Assembly (NCBI RefSeq): GCF_006345805.1
Contig: NC_043007.1
Span: forward strand, 48,670,001-48,734,000
Direction of reading: 5' to 3'
DNA length: 64,000 nt
Origin: Octopus sinensis
Taxonomy: Eukaryota
Part shown: positions 23,995-38,362 of the stretch, piece by piece
Layout: every line of letters starts with the position of its first letter
Position numbering within the stretch: position 1 is the stretch's first letter
Notes under the pieces: generated by a model
Seen by the model: the letters and a program-made list of their open reading frames with translations, nothing else
Databases searched by the model: none
Told to the model about the DNA's origin: nothing
Program-made: the position numbers and the translations under genes

Positions 23995-26191
23995 ACTTAA
24001 AGTGGGAGGAAGGAAGTTGTGGAAGAGAGAAACTCAGGAAGGCATGGGACAAAGTACTGAGCCTTAGAAAGGAGATGGCAGAGGACTAAGATATGTGGCA
24101 CATTGCTGTGCTCAAGAAGAACCACCCACTACAACAGGACAAGCACCTCACTTCTATGAATATGGTCAATTGGCTTTATGCTGGGAATAATACGCAAGCA
24201 TCGCATATGAACAGCATCAAGTTGGTTGATGTGCTTTCGGTACATGGTCCATGATTCAGCACCATAAAGCAATAATGTCAAAACCACAAACTTGTATACA
24301 TCAATTTTCACCTTCAATGATACATCATGGCTCTTCCAAAGTGGAACTAGCCTTCCTGATTCTGGACTCAATTTCTTTATCCCTCCTAGTATCATTTGAC
24401 ACAACAGAACCAAGACCAGTGAAGGAGGAAACAGTTTTTAATGCTTTCCCATCAACATATACAGCAGGAGGATGGTCTTGAATGGGCTGATGAGGAAGCC
24501 CAGTTTTCTTGATGCTGACGATCAGAACAAAAGCCTTCGATGCACATGAGAAGTTATCTAGAATCAATTGCATGTTCTTAAGAGTGTGTGCTATAAGTGC
24601 ACAATTGTCTGTGAGGAGCAAATCTCGAACTGTTTGCACCAAAGTTGTAGAATGTCAGAAAAGCTATTTTAATTGTTGCATCATAACAGTTGTGCTATGG
24701 CATTCTCCAGCCAATCAGGGCTGGGCACATATGAATACCAAAGGCAGTTCTCTGCCCATGAAGTGAAGTGGGAGTTTTAATCAGTTAGTGGAAAGACAGT
24801 GGACGAGCAACATCACTTCTTCATCATGGAACAGCCTCTTTGTTTTTCACACCAACTTCATGCTGCTCGCTCTGAATTATACCTGCCCTCAAACTCTGAT
24901 CACATCACGAACAGCCTATTTCATTTATGCCAACTTAGCTCTGAAAAATTCTGGATGACCTCAGATCACTACTCCTGTCATGTTATGAGCAATATATTTT
25001 TGTTTACACTAGTTCTGTTCTTATGAGTTCCAACTGAATCTATTTTTCAAACATAAGTTATAATATTTTCCCTGACTCATGCATACACCCAGGCTATACT
25101 CTTACTACTTGTCTAAAAATTTATTTGTATAAAAACTGTCTTCTGATATTTTACCTTTTACCAACTTTCACACTATAAATTAGTGACTACACTCACTAAA
25201 TTGGTGGCACTATAAATGGACTCCGACTAAAAAGTCTTAGTTTGTGCTTTGAAGTATTGTTGGTTGAACTAACTACCACCAGTCCTGTATTTAAAACTTT
25301 ACTCCTTCTTTACACCCTCTAATGCTGTTTCCAACATGACAGAGAAATGCAAAACAAATAAGAGCAGTACAAGAACACAACCTTATTGTGTCCCATTTGA
25401 GACGGTGAATGAATCAGACACTTCCCTGCCAGATCAAATGGAGGTCATTATTCCTTGAGGGAAAGAAATGATAACATTAAGTATCTTTTTGAGAACACCT
25501 AGCTTTCTACAGACAACCCAAAGAGCATCTCAGATACGGTATCAAAAGCTTTAGTTGGATTTACAAAAGTGACAAAGAGGTTTAAATTGTGCTCATAAGG
25601 CTTTTCCTGCACTTGCCTCAGACTGAAAATCATATCCACTGTACCTCTACCAGCATGAAAGCCACATTGAGATTCAGACAACACTAAGTTGGTGAGGGCA
25701 TCATTTAGTCTGTTCTAGATAACCCTTCAAGGGATCCTCCTGGCAACACACAAAAAGGAGATACCTCTATGGTCGTCATATTCACATTTGTTGACTTTAT
25801 GCTTATAAAAATGGACAATAAAAGCATCTTTAAACTTCTGTGGGACTGATCCTGATTCCCAGATCAGGGCAAAGAGTTCACATAAATTGTTCAGAAGGAG
25901 ATTGCTATCATATTTATATATCTAGGCTGGTATGCCATCATTCCCAGACAACTTTCCATTCATGGGCTGTTTTATAGCCATTTTTATTTCAGTATTTGAT
26001 GGAGCAACTGCCAGTTTTTGAAGGACAGTCCTCTGTGATAGGTTGTTGATCAGTTCTTCATCAACAATTGAGTTTATATTCAGAACATTTGAAAAATGTT
26101 CTGCTCAGGACTTCATGATCTCTTTTGTGAGTGTATGTGTATGTGTGTGTGTATGTGTATGTGTGTATATACGTGTGTGTATGTGTGTGTG

Positions 26192-26229
<38 letters not shown>

Positions 26230-26560
26230 TGTATACATATACATGTGTGTGTGTGTGTGGATAGACACAGACAGAGAAACTGACAGAGCTACAAACAGAC
26301 AGATAGATAAATCTATAGATATATACACACATACATGCACAGACAGACAGACTGACAGACAGATAAACAGGTAGGTAGACAGATAAATAAACAAGAAGAA
26401 GGTAGATAGAAAGATAAGTAACAAATTAACTGAATGTCTAAAAGTACATGGCCAAAACTGAACTCACAAATTTGCTGATTTTCTCAACTGGCATGAAGTG
26501 GTTGTTTTGGATGGTATGGTATGTGTCGTATCAGGACAACCTTGAGATAAAAGAAGGAAA
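23995..26560 (-). mobile_element. Old RTE/BovB-like LINE interrupted by microsatellites
   Basis: ESQCGFHAGRGTVDMIFSLRQVQEK, KAFDTVS, LLYGAESWTMYRKH; many frameshifts. Confidence 0.8.
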
Positions 26561-26682
26561 GAGAAAAGCATTAATGATGAGGACTTGATGAGAACTTTAT
26601 TCACTCTCAAGGTATGAGTATGAATTAAAGAATCATTTCAAGAGAAGTGTATGAGGAGAGAGACAGATACACACACACACTG

Positions 26683-26742
<60 letters not shown>

Positions 26743-26759
26743 CATATATTTATATCTTT

Positions 26760-27140
26760 TCTTTTATCTTTTACTTGTTTCAGTCATTAGACTGTGACCA
26801 TGCTGGAGCACCATCTTGATGAATTCTTAATCAAATGAATTGACCCCAATACATGACCCTGGTACTTATTTTATCAGTCTCAAACTGCTAAGTCACAGAG
26901 ACATAAACACACCAACACTAGCTGTGAAATCATGGTGGGGGGAGCAAACAAAGACACAAAGACACATGCACTCACATACACATACATATACAACATGCTT
27001 CTTTCAGTTTCTATCAGCCAAATTCACTCACAAAGCTTTGATCGATATGAGGCTATAGTATAAGACACTTGCCAAAGGCCAAAGGTGCAACAGTGGGACT
27101 GAACCCAGAACCATGTGGTTGGGAAGCAAGCTTCTTACCA
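26760..27140 (-). mobile_element. tRNA-derived SINE
   Basis: Reverse complement of the family core and head (GGGACTGAACCCAGAACCATGTGG). Confidence 0.7.
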
Positions 27141-27169
27141 ATATATATATATATATATATATACTAGCT

Positions 27170-27465
27170 GAAGGTAACCTGCCTTGCAGCGCCGCCTTGA
27201 CTGGCTTCTGTGCCGGTGGCACGTAAAAAGCACCAACCGATCATTGCCGCTGCAAGCCCCCCCCCCTGGTACCTGTGCTGGCGGCACGAAAAAAGCACCC
27301 ACTACACTCACAGAGTGGTTGGCGTTAGGAAGGTCATCCACCTGTAGAAACACTGCCAGATCAGACTGGAGCCTGGTGCAGCCTCCTGGCTTCCCAGACC
27401 CCTGTCACACTGTCTAACCCGTGCTAGGACAGAAAACGGACGTTAAACGATGATGATGATGATGA
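27170..27465 (+). mobile_element. RTE LINE 3' UTR fragment with (GAT)n tail
   Basis: Homologous to 9950-10200. Confidence 0.75.
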
Positions 27466-27689
27466 TTCTCCGTCTTTGTTTCTCTCTCCTTTCTCTCTCA
27501 CTTTCCCACTCTCTTACTTTTCTTTTCTCTCGGACTCTCCCTCGCTTTCTCTTACTCTCTATCTTTATCTATCTCTCTCCCATTTATAAACAACAAAAGA
27601 TCTTGAGTAAGTTGAGAAAGAAAATATTTAGAAAGATCAATCATAAATATCAGGCAATGGCAACGGAAAGGTCTGCTTTAAGGCAGACA

Positions 27690-28050
27690 GCAAAACGCTA
27701 ACATTTAAAAGGGACAGACGAACTTGCGAGCTGAATAAAAATAATAAAATATTGGAAACCAAAGCTTGAAGGGAAAGAATCTGAGGATAGTAGAGTCACC
27801 ATGGCTGGCATTTCTCAACGACGGACAGCAACGTATTGACAGTTTAACGGCTGGCGTAAAATTTTGAACTTGATGTAAAAGAAAATTCGTAAACACCAAG
27901 TTTTGAAGTGATTCTTTCTCACGACAGTAGACTCACCATGGCAAGCATTCAAAACTTCTTTATCATGGACGGCAACACGTTGACGATTAAAAGGCTGGCG
28001 CAAATTTTTTAGCTTGAGGTAAAAGAGAATTCCTAAACACCCACTCCTTG
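27690..28050. repeat. Diverged tandem repeat, ~140-bp unit, ~2.5 copies
   Basis: TAGAGTCACCATGG at 27791 and TAGACTCACCATGG at 27928; GGCTGGCG at ~27849 and ~27993. Confidence 0.6.
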
Positions 28051-28278
28051 AAATTTTAATCCCCTTCCAGCCTCATTAAACCCCTTTTCACATTTTGGTT
28101 AATATAACCCGATTTCATTCGGGTCTACTGGGGCCACATTTTATAAGATGAGGAATTTTGTCCTAGAGGTGATACCTTTCATTTGAGGAAAAAAATAGTT
28201 GTCATGCAAACTTGCCAGCACTTTTAACATAGGTGTGCATATTTTCAGCTGAATCGACCGACTACGTAATGCACACAT

Positions 28279-28324
<46 letters not shown>

Positions 28325-29731
28325 CGCATTATATATACAAATGTATACAAATGAGATATATATCTGTATAAATTAAATTAGAGATAAAACCACTAATAGG
28401 CAAATCAAAAAGTGAAAAACCAAAAACAAAAACATTAAAAAAAATATATAGAAAATATATAAAATTTAAAAATTTAAATTATTTAAATTGAAAATAAAAA
28501 TTATTAAATTATATTTATAATTTGTTTAAAAATATATATAACTATGAAAAAGCATGAAAAAGTTTAATATACATAAATACAGATATATACACTTTGTATA
28601 TATACATATTTATATATAGAACACACACACACACACACATACATTATATATACATATTTATATATAGAACACACACACACACACATACATTATATATACA
28701 TATTTATATATAGAACACACACACACACACACAGATATAAATGAATGCAAGATACTTAAAAAAACGCCGCCAAAGTGATGGGAAGGTAGGAAACAGTCAG
28801 TGAAAAAGAGAGGAAATAGCGAGAGTGAGGAAGATGGCCCCTAGCAACCACACCTTTTAAGATAGGGATTTCTAAGGTAGCCCACGAGCATCGTCACCTC
28901 ATTCTATATGTCCCTGTAAATTTTGGAGCGAATCGGATGGGATGTAGTGGCATTGAAAGCGATCCAAGCGGTAAAAACGCATTTCAGTTTTATATATAGA
29001 GATTATATATATAATAATATAAATATTATATATATGCATATATATATGTATACATATATACATATGCATATGTGGGCACAGGATGTCACAAAATGTAAAC
29101 AACAAAAATACGAAGTATGAGGACATGGAATATGAACTTTTTTTGCGAACAATGAAAGAAACAAATGGAAAACAAGATGAACATCACAAAGAACGACCCT
29201 TCATCAGTTGCTGGCTGTTTTCTAATCAGAATATCGAGTAATTCAGGACAAGATTCACCTTTGATAAAACAGTTGCTCCCACAAAGCAAATTAAATAAAA
29301 TTCGAGATTTTGTGGAGGGTCAAAATTGGTGACAAAAACAGGACAGTGAAAACAAACAGTAAGGGCTGCTAAGCCTAAACAAGGTTGTGGTGGCAAATGC
29401 GAAGGAACAAGCTTGGACAGGAGACAGACAAGAATATGTCTTCCTTGTCCAGCTGCAACAGAAAAAAGAATGAAACACAAGTTAGGAGAAGAAAGAAAAA
29501 AAAGAAAAATGGCCGATGGTCACATGGGAGCCACGTAAGCAAAGGAGGAAGAGTGAGGGAGAGAGAGTGACAGACAGAGAACTGTGAAGGGGAGAGGAAA
29601 AGATTTGGAGATAGGATAAGAGAGAAAAAAAAGAGGGAAAGGGGAGATAAAAGAATAAGAGAAAGGAAGAGAGAAAAGAAAGAGTAAAAGAATAGAATAG
29701 TGGGAGAAGATATATATATATATATATATAT

Positions 29732-29768
<37 letters not shown>

Positions 29769-30294
29769 CAGACAAACAGACAGACAGATAGACAGATAGA
29801 CACACACACATACATATGCATGAATATATGTAAGTAGGATACTGTAACATATTTTTCTGCAATGTGATGGATAATTTATCCTGATCCTGCTATTTTATTA
29901 GCATTATCACGTGTTTGAGAACAAAAAAATTTATTCCTGTATCTTTCAATACATCTCAATGCTTCTCAAAGGATCTTTGTCTTGCATGTTACTTGGTGAC
30001 CCTGACAGTGTTGGTGCCACATAAAAAGTATCCAGTCCACACTGTAAAATGGTTGGCATTTGGAAGGGCATTCAGCTGTAAAAACCATGACAAAACTGAC
30101 CTTGCCTGTGCTCATGCCACATAAAAAGCACTTAGTTCACTCTGCAGGTTGGTTGGTGTTAGGAAGAGCATCCAGCCATAAAAATTCTGCCAAAACAGAT
30201 GGTGAAGCCTGGTGCAGTCTTCTGCCTGGCCAGTTTCTGTCAAACTGTCCAACCCATACCAGCATGGAAAGCAAACATTAAACAATGATGATGA

Positions 30295-30343
<49 letters not shown>

Positions 30344-30352
30344 ATATATATA

Positions 30353-30392
<40 letters not shown>

Positions 30393-30395
30393 ATA

Positions 30396-30447
<52 letters not shown>

Positions 30448-31034
30448 ATATATACACACACATGAATATATGGGTACAGAACAACACCAATGGTGCAAAT
30501 AACATAAAATACATAAACGAGAAAAAAATGGAAAACGAGACAAATTAACAGAGAAAGGACCTTTCATCAGTTGTCGGCTGTCTATCTACTCCTCATTTTG
30601 AGCATTCATATATATATATATATGTATATATATGACTAGCACTCCATTGGTTATGATGATGAGGGTTCTAGTCAATCCAATCAACAAAACATCCTGTTTG
30701 TGAAATGAAAGTGCAAGTGGTTGAACACTTTACAGATATGTGTATCCCTAACATAATTCTCAGGAAGATTCAAACCGTCCAACTCATGCTAGCATGGAGA
30801 ACGGACGCTAAATGATGATGATGATGATGATTCAGTGTGACAGAATGTGACAAGGCTGACCATTTGAAATACATGTAATCTCCTTTTTGTCAGCTAAGTT
30901 GACATAAAATGACTTGTTCAAGGACACAATGCACCACCAGGAATTGCATCACCAGGAATTGAACTCATGAACTCTAAGCCACACATCTTCACAATCTGAT
31001 AATAATTCTGCTTGTCACTCCATTACTTAGCCCA

Positions 31035-31325
31035 TTCATAATGCTTTCACATGATTAGTTGAAAGGAAAGGTGGAGAGTGAGAGAAAAAGCGAGAGAAAG
31101 AAAAGAGGGTGAGAGAAAATAAGGGAGAGAGAAGCATCCACGATGTGAAACAGAGGGAACATAATTGTAATGCTTTCACATGATTAGTTGAAGGGAAAGA
31201 CAGAACAAGAGGAAGGAAGAAAAAGGAGAGATGACAAGAAGATAAGGTGAAGAGTGAGACAAAAAGAGGGAGAAAGAAAAAGAGGGAGAGAGAAAAAGCA
31301 AGAGAGAGAAGCATCCATGATGTGT
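31035..31325. repeat. Tandem duplication, ~135-bp purine-rich unit x2
   Basis: TAATGCTTTCACATGATTAGTTGAA and GAGAGAAGCATCCA each occur twice. Confidence 0.65.
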
Positions 31326-32459
31326 GGTAGGGGGAATGTAATATTTATTACGTTGTTAAAAAGTTAGTTGAAGATAGTGATATAAAAAAAAGAGAGAAAT
31401 ATAGTTTAAGCAGAGGGGTGATGTTCTGATAGTGAGGTTAAAGAAAAGCAGAGAGACGGGGAGGGAGAGGTGATTATGATGGTGATGGTGTTGGTGGTGG
31501 TGGTGAGTGGATATTGAAATGTGTATTTTTTTTATTGAACTAAGTTTTTTTATGTCACCTAGCACTAAATGCATGTGCATAAGTGCATTTCCGTGAAATA
31601 TTCACGCTTGTTTATGTGGCAAATATATGCAGTTTAACTAAAGGTTATACCATATGTACAGTGATTTTTTTCTTTATGGGAAAAATATAAAAATAAGAGT
31701 GAATGTTTATTTTATGAGTGCTTTCTATTAAATCAATAAAATTGTGCATAAAGTACATAAAGTGTATCTTTAAGTGCATTAAGTAATCATCATATTCCAA
31801 TTTCTTCCACTTTTCAATGAGTAGCAGAGATGAGTGACTATCTTTCCATACAGACACAATACAGGCTACACTTTCAGGATTCTTGGATAAAGTTTTCAGA
31901 AATAACCCAATAAATTTACTGTTAATTCCATGAAATATGCACAGGTCTCTCTATTATATACATAATAATCAAAGCAACAGAAGCAATACCAAAAATTCAT
32001 CACCACTTAAAAGTGGATGTTGCATTAGAACATATGATTCTGCAATATATACCATGAGTAAAACCCTTTTGTGGTACATTGCAATTGACGGACAATCACT
32101 ACCACTTTTGCTGCCAGGACTACCAGATAATGTGATTTCAGCCTTTTTTGGCCTTGTTAATGGTAGATACGTGGCTGCTGGAAATAGCAGTAACTGTTCC
32201 GCCAACAATATTTATAGAAACACAGAACCTAGTTAGGCACTGGTGCCACTAAAAGCCAATGGGCTTATCAAAAAATAATTCAAGTAACAGAAGCAGTTCT
32301 AATACCAAAAGGAATAATGTATGTATGTATGTATGTATGTATGTATGTATGTATGTATGTATGTATGTATGTAGGTATGTATGTATGTAGGTAGGTAGGT
32401 AGGTATGTATGTATGTATACATACATACACACACACACACACACATACACACATATATA

Positions 32460-33009
32460 TATTTGGTTGTCTGGAAAGTTCATGCCGATTTATAGTAGCT
32501 TATCTTTTAATTTATTTTAGAACATGGTTGAGTCCATAAAATAGGATTTGACTACACCTCCATTTAGAGCACAGTTTAAGCTAACTTTTCGTGGAAGAAG
32601 GTTTATGTTCCTATAACCTGTGTTAATTCTGTAACCCTTTAAAATGGAAGATAAGAAAGTTCATTTTCAGCACTTGATGCTTTGGGAATCAGACAAAAAT
32701 TGCTGCAGCTCGGACCCATATTCACCAGATATTGCTCCTTCGGATTTCCACTTATTCAGGTCTCTGCAGAATAGTCTTAATGGTAAAAATTTCAATTCAT
32801 TGGATGATGTAAAAAGATACCTTGATGAATTCTTTGCCATGAAACCACGTCAATTCTGGGAAGAGGGTATTTTCAAGTTAAAGGGAAGATGGAGATGCAT
32901 TGTGCAACAAAATGGTTCATATTTGGTTGATTAAAAATGTAATGGTAAGTATTTATTGACCTTTTTCTTTCCTTTAAAAATCAGCGCGAACTTTACGGAC
33001 AACCCAATA
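32460..33009 (+). mobile_element. Internally deleted mariner with both TIRs
   Basis: TATTTGGTTGTCTGGAAAGTTC / GAACTTTACGGACAACCCAATA; PYSPDIAPSDFHLFRSLQN. Confidence 0.85.
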
Positions 33010-34359
33010 TATATATATATGCTAATAGCAAAATTCAAACCTAAACTATACACACACATATATCACATGTAAAATAAAAGAATCATGACATCATGAAATC
33101 TCCTAGGATGTATCATTTTATGATTTAAGTTCCTTCTCCTAGAGTCATGTATCTCCTCTACACAAACAAATTTGTTCCTGTATCTTCTATCATGCTTTAA
33201 CCTCTTAATTCCTAGTATAAGATTACTGCCCTCACTTACTATACTCTTACTCTTTTAAGGGGGGCTCTTGAGTCTTGTGAGTTACATAGCAATCTAACTA
33301 GTATTGACACCATAAAGAAAGAAGCACCCAGTACACTCTATAAAGTGACTGATGTTATGAAGGGCATCTATCTGGCTGTAGAAACCATGCAAAAATTGTG
33401 ACACTGGAGTAGGAACTTATCAAACCATCCAACCCAAGAATAGCATGGAAAGTGGACAGGAAGGGATAATGATGAGGATTGTATCAGATATAAAATTATT
33501 GTCAAGGTCCCATGAGATTTTCCACAAAATGTACTGAGTACATGCTGTTACAACAATTTAATTTGAAAATGTGATTGTGAAAGTTTAGAAATGTCAGGCT
33601 AATGAATTACTTTCTACTACAGACACAAGGCCTGGGATTTTCTGAGGAGGGGGCAAGTTAATTACATCAACCACAGAGTTCAACTGATACTTATTTTATC
33701 AATCCCAAGAGAATGAAAGACAAAGTCAACCTCGGTGAAATTTGAACTCGGAATACAAAGCTGGAAAAAATGCTGCAATGCCTTGTGTCCAGCAGGCTAA
33801 CAATTCTGCCAGCTCATTGTCTTTGTCAGAATAATGAATTTAAAAACATCATTGTTCCAAACTAGACATAAAGGACTAATAAGGAAATATACAGAGAAAT
33901 CCTTAATGAAATAGTTCAGATTGATCATAGCCATGTTTTTAATTATAACAAGAATGAATGTAAAGCTGCTCCTATTATACAATTTATATATATATATATA
34001 AATTTATATGTAAATGCAGACAAAGATACACATGCACAGAGAGAAAGGGAGAGGTTGGGGAGACAGACAAGCAGTAAGTGAATTAAGTTCTACACTATAG
34101 GTTTATTCCTGAGACAATGATGTCCATGTATTGTGAGGCACATAGAAACAGCAATAATGGATCAATTGTATTTCTCACAACAACAGTGAACAACAAAGAG
34201 CTATTTCTACTGATCAATAATTTTATATCTATCATCAACATCCTTTATCTTAGAATTTCAAGCACTTCTGACAGATGGCAGTTCAATGTGATCACTTTTA
34301 CTTTCTAAAATATATAAAAAAGCACACAGTGGGGAACTAGTATAGGCCATTGTTGTAGT

Positions 34360-34675
34360 TGTTGCTGTTGTTGTTGTTATTGCTGCAGCTGCTGCTACTG
34401 ATGATGATGACGACAGCGATGATGTTGATGTTGATGTTGTTGATATTGATGATGATGATACTGATGTTGATGTAGTAGATCGTTATTATTGTTGATGATG
34501 TCAGTGTTGTTGATGACGATGTTGGTCTATGTTGGTGTTGTTGTTATTGTTGTTATTGATGATGATGATGTTGATTGTTATTGTTGATGTTATTGTTGTT
34601 GTTGTTATTGATGATGATGATAATGATGAATGTTGTTGTTGCTATTAATGATATTGCTTGTTATTGTTGATGTTT
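34360..34675. repeat. Compound trinucleotide (GAT/GTT/GCT) low-complexity tract
   Basis: Direct inspection. Confidence 0.85.
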
Positions 34676-35189
34676 AAACTACAGCTCAGCTCTAATCAAG
34701 CAAAGCACACTAATGATCAAAGGTATTTCAGCTTTGGAGATATATTTTATTTTCAGACATTTACGACTATTTTATGCAGTGTGTCCTTCCATTTTTTAAA
34801 GTAGTAAGATGAGCATTTAGCTGCTGTTTCTAGCAGATCAAAATAACCACAGAGAGGCTTTATCACTGATGTCTCTAAGGTGAGTAGAGATTAATTTTAG
34901 GTAAATTTCTAATTGGTTTTGTAAAGAGATTGCTACAGAAATAGAGATCTAAGAGTAATATTTTGTAAAATGTTTCATCCTTTCGTTACCATATTTTTCT
35001 TGAAATACATCACCACTTGTTCAATTAGTTTTGAAAATGATGAAGAATTTAATTAAAGTATCTTTGTTGTTATTTAGCTGGTGTATGGAATATAAATTAG
35101 TATGAAATTCTTATAGAACGTTTTAATTTAGGTCTCTTAAAAATGGGAAGTTTCTGTCATAGAACCAGACCAATCTCAAGTGGGGTGGT

Positions 35190-36400
35190 ATCATCATCAT
35201 TATCATCATCAAGGTGCCTTAACTGGTGCAGCCTGTCACTGGGGCACCACTCTAGACACATTCATAGTCAGCCATCACCATTGGTTTCTGTTCTCTGTCA
35301 TGCATAGCAGGTTCGCTATGTTGTGGCCTGTCCAGTCCTTGAATTTGTCAAACCAGGATTTTCTCTGTCTGCTTCTCTTTTGCTCTCTTTCAACTATGCC
35401 CTGTCGAATGGTTTTGGATAGAGAGTTGTGGTGGAATACCTGACCATACTGGGCAAGTTTCCATCTTTTTACCTGAGCAAGGAGTGGTTCCTCTCTGCCA
35501 GCATATTTGTTGACTTGCTACCTTTATTTTGTATTCTGTGTACAGGATTTGTAATAGCCTTCTGAAGTACATGTGCTCAAGTGACTTCTGGGTTGGTACC
35601 AAAAGGATTAAAGATGGATATTTCAACCAGTATTGACTCCATGATCAGTGACTTTGAAAACATCCCCTAATGGGGTCATACTAATTCTATCTTGTTTAAC
35701 AGCACAAATCTTCAATTATTATACATATCAAAAAACATTATATCCTTCCCTACATAAACATGAACATGTAAGTAGGGACCTCAAGATTATCTCAAATGCA
35801 AGGATTCACTATCACAGGATCTTACTTGGTGGATGCACATCATAAGTATAACAAATACTAGCCCCTACTATCACTAGGGATCTCTTTGGGTGAATGCACA
35901 CCCTCAACCTAACAGAAGCTGTGTTACAAAGATTAGTCTTCCTCTTTGAAGCCAGAAAATATTTGAGTTTGTAACCCTCTATAAAGCTCAGGCAATAACC
36001 ACAAAGGGGCCCTACTTTCACATCTGAAGCTGTATTTCTGGTACACACAGACATCCTCGACTGCATTCAAACAAAGACTACTCAACTAATTACTATGAAA
36101 CTGTTCGCCAAAATACTTAAACCTCTCATCCACTAACATGCTTTCTTTCTCTTTCTCTGTTTTTCTACTACTACTGTAGTGACCACAATTCTTCAGAGCA
36201 GCTGGTTAATCTTGTGACACTTCCAATCTAGTACTACCAACTCCCTTATCTCTCCTCTTCCAGTTGGTCATATTATAGTCTCGCCATTCATACTTTTCCT
36301 GCAGTTGTTGACAAGGACATTAACTATACCAAGCTCACCATATAAGGTTCTCTAAAAGCCGTGGTTACAAACCCTCCCCCAGTCACAGGGGATTTCATAA
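35190..36400 (-). mobile_element. Decayed RTE-like LINE fragments
   Basis: (CAT)n tail side at ~35190; LQILYTEYK..WSGIP-type C-terminal remnants. Confidence 0.5.
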
Positions 36401-36535
36401 ACCATGGGCACATTCCTTCTACCTAGACCAATGAAAAACAAAAGCAAAATGAAAATTAATTTATACATAGTAACTGATAGAAGAGATACAGCTGTAAATG
36501 AGGGATGAGGTAAAGCAAGAATGGTCAAAGAAACT

Positions 36536-36601
36536 GCTGAATGAGGTTAGAGTTTAACTGAATGAGGTTAGAGTTTAACTGAATGAGGTTAGAGTTTAAC
36601 T
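36536..36601. repeat. 21-bp tandem repeat x3 (ACTGAATGAGGTTAGAGTTTA)
   Basis: Direct inspection. Confidence 0.85.
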
Positions 36602-38090
36602 TTAACCCATTTGTGAAATGTTTGAGCGTTTTTACTTATATGATATTTGTTTTTCTTCAATAAACTATAGAAATAAGGGCATGCATCATAAATACTGTAG
36701 AATTAAGGGTATACACATTAAAAGCTGTAGAATTAAGGTAAACCACCTGAAAAGTGCCGAATTAAGAGGAAGCATCCCCAAAACTGTAGAATTAAGGTAA
36801 ACACTCTGAAAAATATGTCTGAGCTACAAAATTATTTTACAGTCAATAACCTAGAGTCAATAATCCAGTGTCAATAACCAGGAGTCATTAAACTGAAGTT
36901 AACACGGAGTCAATAATCTGAAGTCAATAATAAGGAAACAATAAATTAAAATCAATAACCTTTATCTAGTTGATTCACTCTCACTGGACACAAACCATGT
37001 AACAAATATCACTTTCTCTGAAAACTATTAATGGTGTTACATACACCAACTATAGAGTCAATAGGAATAGCGCACAAATATGTGTGTTAGTATATCTACA
37101 TACTATATGAACATTGTAGATTACTACACCCTGCCCTACCAAAAGGCAATGCACCGAAGAGGCAAACTTTTATGTAGATTTTTCAACCCCTATCCATCAG
37201 TCCTGTACTCACCAACTATTTAACATGCTGGCATGCTGGCATGGGTTGGACAATTTGACCTGAGCTGGCAAGCAGTAAAGCTGCATCAGGTTCCAGTCAG
37301 ATTTGGCTTAGTTTCTAGGACTGGACGTCATTCCTAACACCAACCACTTTACAGTGTGTGCTGAGTGCTTTGAATTTGACACTGGCACAAGTACTTTTCA
37401 TGTAGCTCTAGCACAAGACTCTCACAGGCCAGTCCTATTCACCAGAATGAGTGGGCTTAACATTTCTGCTGTGGAGGATGCGTCTTCTTGTGTACAGTAA
37501 GGTGCCAGGTATCTCAGTCATTTGTCATCTTGTCTGAAAGGTTTAGTATCCTGAAGTTATCTTTCAGTACTTCGTCCCATGTCTTCCTGGGTCTCCTTCA
37601 TCCATAAGTTTCATCCACTTTGAGAGACTAGCACTTCTTTATGGAGTCTTCTCTCTTGCACACTGCATCTAATTCCTCTTATGCCTAACTTTTCTTTCAA
37701 TACACTAGCCCTCTGTCACACAGAAATAAACTTCAGAGGAAAAAAGATTGGTTTAAGAAAGAATGAGCACACAGCTTAATAGTAGGTCAGATATTGTAGT
37801 GATTTGGGGGTTAAGGTATTTGCTTATCAAGTATATGTGTTCTTGGGTAATGAGTATTTCTTTTCACATATGAGACATAAATGTACTTTGCACAGAGTTA
37901 GCAATTGTTTAGAGAAAAGTGGTTTTCTAGCTCTGAGGACGAAACCAACCTTTGCAAAACTGGTGCTTGCTAGGTATGGGTTATACATACATGTATACAT
38001 GTGTGTGTGTGTGTGTATGTGTGTGTGTGTGTATGCATGAGTGTGTGTATGTGTGTGTGTATTAGAAGGTTTGGAGATGATGTACAGGTA

Positions 38091-38347
38091 TTGTATATTA
38101 GAAGAAATAAGGTACTCAGAAATCTAGATGGTTATATATTTACAGATATTAATATGTCACATGTTTTTATATATCATATATTAGCGCTTGTGTCCACTCT
38201 AGTGGAGTCTTCAGATTCAATTTGAAGACTCCACTAGAGTGGACGCAAGCGCTAATATATGATATATAAAAACATGTGACATATTAATATCTGTAAATAT
38301 ATAACCATCTAGATTTCTGAGTACCTTATTTCTTCTAATATATACAA
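38091..38347. mobile_element. Near-perfect fold-back (arms ~123 bp, 9-nt loop) with decayed hammerhead motifs
   Basis: Arms 38091-38213 / 38223-38347; CTGAAGA-CTCCAC-TAGA-GTGGAC-(G/A)CAA-GCGC-TA. Confidence 0.7.
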
Positions 38348-38362
38348 CAAGTTATATATATA

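Noticed and set aside
29190-29280. TCATCAG motif (also ~30564) as a hammerhead
   Set aside because: No correctly ordered GAAA or stems found on the same strand.
31937-32236. Overlapping ORFs on both strands in unique-looking sequence
   Set aside because: No recognisable motif and several competing frames; cannot be supported as an exon.
36700-36960. Short spaced repeats (CTGTAGAATTAAGG; GTCAATAA) as a CRISPR-like array
   Set aside because: Eukaryotic context, degenerate irregular units, no unique spacers or cas genes; ordinary minisatellite.
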